From Promethearchaeota archaeon (GTDB lineage Archaea > Asgardarchaeota > Lokiarchaeia > Sigyniarchaeales > SOKP01): 64,000 nucleotides of DNA. Below are positions 57,044 to 64,000 of this stretch, piece by piece. The notes under the pieces were generated by a model. That model did no database searches and was not told the DNA's origin. It saw only the letters and a list, made by a program, of their open reading frames with translations. Within the stretch, counting starts at the first letter, position 1, and every line of letters starts with the position of its first letter. The stretch lies in contig JAUVNS010000007.1 of assembly GCA_030599585.1 (NCBI GenBank), forward strand, positions 64,001 through 128,000, written 5' to 3'. Position numbers and translations under genes: made by a program.

Positions 57044-58636
57044 GTGATTAAAAAAATGGTAGATAAAGTTATTCCATTTCTTATTAATGTAGGGGAAGTT
57101 ATTCCCACTCGCTCAAAAGCTACATTATTAGATGAGATGGCGATGGCATTAAATGAATGTATAAACATTTATGGAAAAACAATTAAGAAGTTAGGAAAAA
57201 TTAATAGAATATCACTATGCTTTTGGCCCGTTCGTTTAATTCCTTTAAGCGATACTCGTGCTTGTGTTTGTAGTTATTTACTAAATAAACAAGAAAAATT
57301 AAGCGTAGGAAAATTCTCCCAAACACCTCCCACTCCTGATAATCTTATTCAAGGGGCAGATCCTACATCTTTTTTAAATTCATTAGCGTCGTATAATGCT
57401 ACTTACTTAAAAAAAACAAAAAATTATAAGAGAGGTACGGTTATTCAAGAAGCTCTATTTAGTTCTAGTGAAGTTGATTATTTTAAGAACTTTTTCTTAA
57501 ATCAATACAATGTTAGTTCATTTAGCGAGCCATATTTTCTTTTAGAAGGTGGGCCAATACCAAAAAGCATTAACCAAGCAAAAATTGTCCCAGAGGTATT
57601 TGAGTTCATCTCGCAAGCGGATGTTAAACTATTAGATAATTATGGTCAAAATATCATAAAATTGTGTGATAGATGGATTCAGAGAGGTGCTCAAGATACA
57701 GACAAATTAAGAACAAAGAAAGTTGACACCAGCGAAGAAGAAAAACAACTAGCTCAAATTACGAGAGAACTTGAGACTGAAAAAGCACGAAAAATAGAAT
57801 CTACGCCAGAGGAATTAGTCAAAAGTGGAAAATATAAGATTGGTGATAAGACTGGCGACTTTTACAATAATATTAGTGCTATTAAAAATACCGTCGATCG
57901 TCTTAAGAATGCTAACAACAAAAACGACCTATTTGCAGTGGAAGAAGCATTGAAAGATCTGAACATAAAATACAAGGATTTAGGAAACACTATTAGCCGA
58001 TATCAAACTGAAATTACTCAAATAAAGAAAAATATTCAACGAGAATTAAACGATTTAGAAAGATCGAAGCAACAGAGAATAAGAGAGCTTGAAAGAAAAA
58101 AATCTGAGATAGAACGTAAAATTCAAACAAAACACAGTGAGCTAAGTGGAGATCTTACTTCTGCCGAAGATACTGTAGCAAGAATCAAACAGGAAAAACA
58201 ATCTTGCTTAGATAATATCGATAGAATCAAGGATATAGAGATGACTAGCGTTCAGAACTTTTTTAATACTTATTCAATCGAAGTAAGAACTAAAGATGTT
58301 GTGGTAGGAGTGCCTATGTTCGTTTTCTATTTTATCGATCCGAATACGCGTCGAACTACTGAAAGGGCTCCCGTGTTACCTATACTAATCGAAAATGGAA
58401 AAATCCACCGAACAAAAGTGACCGATTCATTTAGAAGTAATTTACGGAATCTCATGAATAAAGACAATGCTATGATAAATTTAGTTGACAACGGAGGAGA
58501 AACGGGGAATTTAATGGAGATTAAAAATATAGATTCTAAACTCGAGGATGCAATTAATGACTTACGAATAAGGAAAGTTTTAAGTAAGAAAGAAGCTGAA
58601 AGAGATAAAGATATTATATATAATCTAGTATGGTAA
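57044..58636 (+). CDS. Hypothetical protein with long central coiled coil
   Basis: 530-aa ORF with an E/K/Q-rich heptad region (about aa 220-400) flanked by globular segments. Confidence 0.75.
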   Translation: MIKKMVDKVIPFLINVGEVIPTRSKATLLDEMAMALNECINIYGKTIKKLGKINRISLCFWPVRLIPLSDTRACVCSYLLNKQEKLSVGKFSQTPPTPDNLIQGADPTSFLNSLASYNATYLKKTKNYKRGTVIQEALFSSSEVDYFKNFFLNQYNVSSFSEPYFLLEGGPIPKSINQAKIVPEVFEFISQADVKLLDNYGQNIIKLCDRWIQRGAQDTDKLRTKKVDTSEEEKQLAQITRELETEKARKIESTPEELVKSGKYKIGDKTGDFYNNISAIKNTVDRLKNANNKNDLFAVEEALKDLNIKYKDLGNTISRYQTEITQIKKNIQRELNDLERSKQQRIRELERKKSEIERKIQTKHSELSGDLTSAEDTVARIKQEKQSCLDNIDRIKDIEMTSVQNFFNTYSIEVRTKDVVVGVPMFVFYFIDPNTRRTTERAPVLPILIENGKIHRTKVTDSFRSNLRNLMNKDNAMINLVDNGGETGNLMEIKNIDSKLEDAINDLRIRKVLSKKEAERDKDIIYNLVW

Positions 58637-58687
58637 TTTGATTTACTCTCTTTTTTTTTATTATATTTTCATCATTTTACAGATCAA

Positions 58688-58861
58688 TTAAACTTCCATG
58701 TAGTTCATCTTTTGACCGCAGCATTCTGGAATTGGTTGATAACCACACTCTTTCGATTGGCAACAACATAACATATAATTGTCTTTGACCATCATAGATT
58801 GTTCGCAACATACTGGCACATCAGTTTCATTTCCACAAATGTCACATTTTAATTTTGGCAT
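58688..58861 (-). CDS. Small Cys-rich metal-binding protein with two desulforedoxin-like motifs
   Basis: MPKLKCDICG...PVCCEQSM...CCCQSKECG...PECCGQKM; ATG at 58861 with GGAG upstream. Confidence 0.7.
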   Translation of the reverse strand: MPKLKCDICGNETDVPVCCEQSMMVKDNYMLCCCQSKECGYQPIPECCGQKMNYMEV

Positions 58862-59093
58862 TACTATCAACTCCTATTCATAAATAACCTATCTTTCAGA
58901 TACTATTATGAATAGAAAAAAGCTTGGTTTATTTTATATAATTAACTCGAATGACTCTTTTTTAAAATAAAGGTAATTTTTCTCGAAGGATTGTGTTTTA
59001 TTAGAATGATTAACATTCTTGAATTTCATTTAAAAAGATTCAATAATTATGTTTCTTACTAATTCTCATTATTGAAATGGATGGAAATGTATC

Positions 59094-60338
59094 TTGGCAA
59101 ATAAATTAAATCTAGAACACTCTAATAGATTATATAAAGAGGCGTTAGGCTTAATCCCTGGCGCCATTTTAGGAATAAGACGGCCTTACAACTTTGTTGA
59201 GGGCGAATATCCGATTTTTTTTGAGACCGCTAAGGGAGGAAAAGTTACTGATGTTGATGGAAACGAGTATCTCGATATGCTTTGTGCATATGGGCCAATT
59301 ATTATAGGGCACAGGGAAGAAGAAATCGATAATGCCGTAATCGATCAAATAAGAAATAAAGGCTTTTGTATGTCGTTAACCCAACAAATACAAAACAAAT
59401 TGGCAAAGAAATTAAGAGAGTTAATACCATGTTGTGAAAAAATGGTGTTTGTAAAAACCGGTTCTGATGCTACTACAATTGGTGTTCGCGTTGCTCGTGG
59501 GTACACAAAACGAACGAAAATATTACGGTGCGGTTACCATGGCTGGCATTCTTGGTGCGTCGAAAGTAAAGGTGGAATTCCCAAAAAACTCTACGAAGAT
59601 GTCCATGAATTTGAATATAATAACCTTGAAAAAGTAACTCAAATGATGCAAGAATATGGCAACAAGGTAGCTGCCATAATTATCACTCCTATTAATCATC
59701 CAGGAGCTCATGAATTAGAAATGCCAAAACCTGGTTTTTTAGAAGGACTCCGTGAATTAGCAGATAAATACGGTTCTGTTTTAATATATGACGAAATCCG
59801 CACAGGTTTTAGAGTCAATCTTGGGGGTGCTCAGAAAGAGTTAGGCGTAATACCAGATCTCGGAGCTTTCGGTAAAGCTATGGCTAACGGGTATCCTGTT
59901 AGCTTCCTTGGAGGTAAAGAGGAGATAATGGATGCATTAATCGAAGATGTTTTTCTAAGTTCGACCTTCTTTCCAAATAGTTTACCACAAGTAGCTGCTC
60001 TTAAAACCATCGAAATTATGCAGAGGGACGATGTTTTAGGCAATATACGCAAAAAAGGTGAGAAATTTACTAAAAATATTACAGAAATCATTGAAGAAAG
60101 TGGGGTTCCATGTGCATTTTCAGGAGGACCATGGATGCCATATATAACTTTTGATCCCGATCCTAACCACTTATATCGGAAACTAAGGGAAGAGTTTTAT
60201 AGACAATTGATTCGAAGAAAAATCTTCCTTCAACCATATCATCACGGTTATATCTGCTATAGGCACACAGATGAAGATTTAAATAATGCGGCCAATCAGA
60301 TTGCTGAATCTTTAAAAGAATGTAAAAAGTTAATGTGA
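59094..60338 (+). CDS. kat: Class III PLP aminotransferase, probable 3-aminobutyryl-CoA aminotransferase
   Basis: GSA-like fold (DVDGNEYLD, KTGSDA, YHGWH, DEIRTGFR, FGKAMANG), N-terminal LGIRRPYNFV.GEYPIFF, and adjacency to kce. Confidence 0.7.
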   Translation: MANKLNLEHSNRLYKEALGLIPGAILGIRRPYNFVEGEYPIFFETAKGGKVTDVDGNEYLDMLCAYGPIIIGHREEEIDNAVIDQIRNKGFCMSLTQQIQNKLAKKLRELIPCCEKMVFVKTGSDATTIGVRVARGYTKRTKILRCGYHGWHSWCVESKGGIPKKLYEDVHEFEYNNLEKVTQMMQEYGNKVAAIIITPINHPGAHELEMPKPGFLEGLRELADKYGSVLIYDEIRTGFRVNLGGAQKELGVIPDLGAFGKAMANGYPVSFLGGKEEIMDALIEDVFLSSTFFPNSLPQVAALKTIEIMQRDDVLGNIRKKGEKFTKNITEIIEESGVPCAFSGGPWMPYITFDPDPNHLYRKLREEFYRQLIRRKIFLQPYHHGYICYRHTDEDLNNAANQIAESLKECKKLM

Positions 60339-60389
60339 ATAGTAAATTTTGAATTGAAATTAAAGAACATAAAGTAACAATATCTGCTA

Positions 60390-61220
60390 ATGGAAAAGTT
60401 AATTATAACAGCTGCAATTTGTGGTGCTGAAGTATCAAAAGATAATAATCCAAACGTACCTTATACTGTGAGAGAAATTGGTATCGAGGCAGAAAAGGCG
60501 TTCTTAGCTGGTGCGAGTATTATCCATCTACACGTAAGAGAAGACGACGGAACCCCTACTCAAGATATAAAACGTTTCCAAGAAAGTGTCAGTGAAATTA
60601 AAAGCAGATGTCCAGATGTTATCATTCAGCCGTCAACTGGGGGGGCTATTGGAATGAGTAATGAAGAGAGATTACAACCCCTTTTTATGGACCCACACCC
60701 CGAAATGGCTACACTTGATTGTGGAACAATGAATTTTGGCGGAGATGACATTTTCGTTAACACAGAAAATACGATTATCCACTTTGCTAAAGAAATGAAT
60801 TCGCGAGGAATTAAACCAGAGTTAGAGTGCTTTGACAAGGGAATGATTGATATGGCCTTAAAACTTAATAAGAAAGGATATATTAAAGAACCAATGCATT
60901 TTAATTTTGTATTAGGCGTTAACGGTGGGATTACCGCAACTCCACGGGATTTAATTTATATGGTAAATAGCATACCAAAAAGTTCTACATTTACCGTTTG
61001 CGCAATAGGAAGACATGAGTTTCCTATGGTTACGTTGTCAATAGTTTTAGGAGGGCATGCGAGAGTAGGATTTGAAGATAACATCTATCTTTCAAAGGGA
61101 GTCTTAGCTAATTCCAACAAAGAATTAGTAGAAAAAGTGGTAAGGATTTCAAAAGAGTTAGGTAGGGAAATTGCCTCTCCATTCGATGCTAGAAAAATAT
61201 TGAATCTAAAGAGTGAATAA
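60390..61220 (+). CDS. kce: 3-keto-5-aminohexanoate cleavage enzyme (BKACE/DUF849)
   Basis: KLIITAAICGAEV, IIHLHVR, IQPSTGGA, ATLDCGT.NFG and GGHARVGFEDN. Confidence 0.9.
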   Translation: MEKLIITAAICGAEVSKDNNPNVPYTVREIGIEAEKAFLAGASIIHLHVREDDGTPTQDIKRFQESVSEIKSRCPDVIIQPSTGGAIGMSNEERLQPLFMDPHPEMATLDCGTMNFGGDDIFVNTENTIIHFAKEMNSRGIKPELECFDKGMIDMALKLNKKGYIKEPMHFNFVLGVNGGITATPRDLIYMVNSIPKSSTFTVCAIGRHEFPMVTLSIVLGGHARVGFEDNIYLSKGVLANSNKELVEKVVRISKELGREIASPFDARKILNLKSE

Positions 61221-61466
61221 TTTTTCATTTATATTTTTATCAAAAATGTTCTGTTTTTTTAAAACTTAAAAAAAAAATAAAATAAATTAAAGGAGTTGTA
61301 ATGATTTGAATTTTTTTAATAGTTTTCTTGCTTCTTCTTCTTCTTTATCAAAAGTTAGATAAAATTATATACAAAAATGTCTTATTTTTTTTTGTAATCC
61401 GATTTCTTGAAAAATAAAATAAAACCTAAATTTAAAAAAAAGAGTTGAATAAAAAAAATATTTGAG

Positions 61467-62174
61467 GTGAAAATGGTGGCGAAAATGAAATTAAAAGTGA
61501 CTACAGCACTGATCGCTGCATTATTTTTAATAAGTGCCATAACAATTGTTACACCGGTGAAAGCTGCTGATCCTAATCGCATCTTAATGATTGATTTCAT
61601 GGCAAAAGGGGATGACTTAGATATTTCTGGAGCTACTAATTCTATCATTGGGAAGATTGTATACGATAAAGTCAGTGGTAACCCTTTGGTACAAGTAGAA
61701 TTCCATTCAAAAATCTATGATGAATCAGGTAAAAAAGTATATGCGATGAAAGGAAAGCTCAAAGATGGATTTCTTCTAATGACCGAGTTTAATTTTTATT
61801 GCCCAATCTTTAATGTCTGGTTTATTAACGTTTGGTGGGTCATGGGTGAGGGATTGGTTAAAACTACTGATATCGATTTCCCGGTATTTTTTCGAAATTC
61901 GTTTCCAATAACCCTGCCAAATACTGGAGGTAAATACGTATCAGCACAGATTTTAATGTTTCTAAGTCCTACAGCTGAATATTGTTTAGAAGATCCCGGA
62001 ACATATCCCCCAGGAACAGAAAATCCAGTTTATATTTTGCCAGAAGGAGGATGGGTCCTTGCTGCGGTTATGTGGGATGTTGGCATCCCAATGGATGTGG
62101 GGTTTGGATTTGGTATATTGCCGGTCGGTCCGGTATCCTATTTGACAAAATACATGGAAAAATGGGTCCCATAA
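61467..62174 (+). CDS. Secreted protein of unknown family (paralog of 51950..52573)
   Basis: Signal peptide ending in PVKA and blocks shared with the 51950 ORF. Confidence 0.8.
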   Translation: MKMVAKMKLKVTTALIAALFLISAITIVTPVKAADPNRILMIDFMAKGDDLDISGATNSIIGKIVYDKVSGNPLVQVEFHSKIYDESGKKVYAMKGKLKDGFLLMTEFNFYCPIFNVWFINVWWVMGEGLVKTTDIDFPVFFRNSFPITLPNTGGKYVSAQILMFLSPTAEYCLEDPGTYPPGTENPVYILPEGGWVLAAVMWDVGIPMDVGFGFGILPVGPVSYLTKYMEKWVP

Positions 62175-62269
62175 GCCTAAGTCAATCGTAACAGATAAGA
62201 AATATATTCTAAAATCTTTTTTTTTTTAAAAACAGTTCTAATCTACAGTCATTTAGATTATAATACGTA

Positions 62270-62334
62270 GAGAGCTTTCGGGCGACTTATTTAGCCTGCC
62301 GCTCTCAACAGCACGAGTGTGTGGCGCTCGAAAG
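62270..62334. other. GC-rich structured element at the 5' truncation point of a gene fragment
   Basis: GAGAGC (62270-75) pairs with GCTCTC (62301-06); CTTTCGGGCG (62275-84) pairs with CGCTCGAAAG (62325-34). Confidence 0.5.
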
Positions 62335-62618
62335 AGGAACTGATACCTGATTTGAGAAAGCACATAAAGGTTTTAGACATCTCTACTCCTGCCACATATG
62401 CTCGCTATTCTGGCTCGATTTCAGGAGCAGTTTACGATATGGTGCCCTATCCAGACAATTTTGGTAGAAAAAGGCTCAAAATGAGAACTCCTATTAAGGG
62501 CTTGTTTCAACCTAAATTCGTTCATGGCGTGTTTGGATGTTTGCTTGCTGGAATGCAAGTAAATGATATGATTCTCAATAGAAAGATCATGGATGGGAAT
62601 GCAAGATATAAACCTTAA
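62335..62618 (+). pseudogene. C-terminal fragment of a phytoene dehydrogenase (CrtI)-like FAD oxidoreductase
   Basis: LIPDLRKHI...DISTPATYARY.G...GAVY and RTPIKGLF match the CrtI-family C-terminus; the N-terminal FAD-binding part is missing. Confidence 0.65.
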
Positions 62619-62696
62619 CCCAATCTTTTTTTTTAAACTATTATTCTAATATTTATTTTAAGCTTGGATTATAATAATAAAAAGGAATATTAAATT

Positions 62697-63404
62697 ATGT
62701 ATAAAAAATTAGCCAAATACTACGATTTGATTTATCATTGGAAAGATTATGAGAAAGAATCTCATACCATTAAAGATTTAATAAAAAAATATAAAAAATC
62801 AGAAGGTAATCAGTTGCTTGATGTAGGATGTGGTACAGGAAAGCATTTAGAATGTTTTATAGATGATTTTTCCTGCACGGGTATTGATATTAACAACGAA
62901 ATGGTGGAAGTTGCTAAAACTAAATTTACGGCCGTGATTTTCGAACAAGGTGATATGAGAGATTTTAATCTTAAAACCGAATTTGATGTAATTATCTGCT
63001 TATTTAGCTCAATTGGATATGTAAAAACATATTCTAACTTAGAAAAAACGATGCTGAATTTTAAAAACCACTTAAAGAAAGGCGGAGTTCTAATAATCGA
63101 GCCTTGGTTTACTAAATCAGCTTACTGGGTTGGAACGCCCGGTATGACTACTTACGATGGAAAAGATGTTAAAATCGCAAGACTTAATTCTACAAAAAAA
63201 GAAGGAGACTTATCAATAATGGAGATGCATTATTTAATCGCTGAAAAAGATGAAGATGTTATACATTTTGTAGACGTACATGAATTAGGTTTATTTGAGA
63301 CTGATAAAACTCTCGATTTCATGGAAAAAGCCGGTCTTAAAGCAGAATTTCTGAAAGATGGCTTAATGGAAAATAGAGGATTGTTTATTGGAGTAAAAGT
63401 GTAA
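62697..63404 (+). CDS. Class I SAM-dependent methyltransferase (TylM1/DesVI N-methyltransferase-like)
   Basis: YDLIY..KDY..E, LLDVGCGTGKH, GDMRDF, CLFSSIGY, IEPWF and RGLFIG. Confidence 0.85.
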   Translation: MYKKLAKYYDLIYHWKDYEKESHTIKDLIKKYKKSEGNQLLDVGCGTGKHLECFIDDFSCTGIDINNEMVEVAKTKFTAVIFEQGDMRDFNLKTEFDVIICLFSSIGYVKTYSNLEKTMLNFKNHLKKGGVLIIEPWFTKSAYWVGTPGMTTYDGKDVKIARLNSTKKEGDLSIMEMHYLIAEKDEDVIHFVDVHELGLFETDKTLDFMEKAGLKAEFLKDGLMENRGLFIGVKV

Positions 63405-63486
63405 TTTTTATGCTTCGATAAATATTTCAATAAATTTTGAAATTATTACATAAAGACTTAAATAAAAAAGGGGATTTATCAGATTC

Positions 63487-64000
63487 TTGAAAGTTCTAAT
63501 CACATATTTTAGCCAGACGGGCAATACTGAAAAGATTGCTTTAGCTATTCAAGAAATTTCATCGAAAAATCATGAATCTACATTGAAAAAGTTAAAAAAA
63601 GTTAAAATTGAAGAATTAAACGATTATGATTTGGTCTTTATAGGTTCTCCTTGCCATGATTCTGATTTAGCTAAACCTGCTTTACGATTTCTTAAAAAAA
63701 TCCCAGATGCTCCTAAATTTGCTATTGCCGGTTTTTATACTCACTCCACTTTTTTACCAGAAGGAGACGAAAGGATTAAAAAGTTATCTGAGAAATGGTC
63801 AGGTAAATGTATTGCGACATTTGAAGAGGTAAAAAAAGAAAAGAATGCTAACTTTAAGGGTTATTTCAGATGCCAAGGAATCCCATCACCTCCTATCGAA
63901 CAATTTATTCATAAAACAATCATTAAGGATGATGAAGAATGGGCAGATTTCATAGAAGAAGTGAAAAAACATCCAAATGAAAATGATATTGAAGATGCAA
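63487..64000 (+). CDS. Flavodoxin-like protein; runs off the right edge (partial)
   Basis: Not in the track. TTG start gives MKVLITYFSQTGNTEKIA...YDLVFIGSP, the FMN-binding loop. Confidence 0.85.
   Translation, partial: MKVLITYFSQTGNTEKIALAIQEISSKNHESTLKKLKKVKIEELNDYDLVFIGSPCHDSDLAKPALRFLKKIPDAPKFAIAGFYTHSTFLPEGDERIKKLSEKWSGKCIATFEEVKKEKNANFKGYFRCQGIPSPPIEQFIHKTIIKDDEEWADFIEEVKKHPNENDIEDA

Noticed and set aside
57044-58636. Coiled-coil protein as an ESCRT, SMC or cytoskeletal eukaryotic-signature protein
   Set aside because: No Walker motifs or recognisable family signature; a coiled coil alone is not diagnostic.
62270-62334. Assignment of the structured element as an HDV-like ribozyme, group II intron end or attC site
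   Set aside because: It lacks the HDV L3/P1.1/J4-2 consensus, a recognisable domain V and RYYYAAC/GTTRRRY boxes; kept only as an unassigned element.

Overview
AT-rich, gene-dense archaeal DNA, most likely from an Asgard archaeon of the Lokiarchaeia type. This is inferred from archaeal-type redox genes, NosD/SBBP/kelch surface proteins, oligo-T gene ends and selenoprotein genes with eukaryote-like SECIS elements. The main hidden system is selenocysteine recoding, which the ORF track misses or truncates. Four genes carry eight in-frame TGA codons, all at conserved Cys positions: hdrA (3 Sec), mvhD/vhuD (2 Sec), a peroxiredoxin-like protein with UxxC, and a paralog with a rare UxxU motif. Three 3'-UTR elements share one geometry (AUGA-N, 8-nt arm, 11-nt A-rich loop ending in AG, 8-nt arm, N-GA), and each is followed by an extra small hairpin with a 5-nt loop. 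One of them appears to serve five UGA codons in two cistrons (hdrA-mvhD). hdrA-mvhD lie in a ~16.5 kb redox/electron-bifurcation cluster that also holds AOR plus ferredoxin, an FdhB-like protein, an HdrC-GltD-HdrD fusion, NfnA and an FrhB-NfnB fusion. The rest of the window encodes fermentative, lipid and amino-acid metabolism (class I GAPDH, ADH plus AOR, acyl-CoA ligase, MaoC hydratase, KDSR-like SDR, kat-kce), a RapA-like SNF2 ATPase, a HerA-like ATPase, transporters and surface proteins. It also contains a duplicated ~150-bp non-coding element and a structured GC-rich element at the junction of a truncated gene. No rRNA, tRNA, CRISPR array or transposase was recognised. All family assignments are by motif recognition; no database searches were run.
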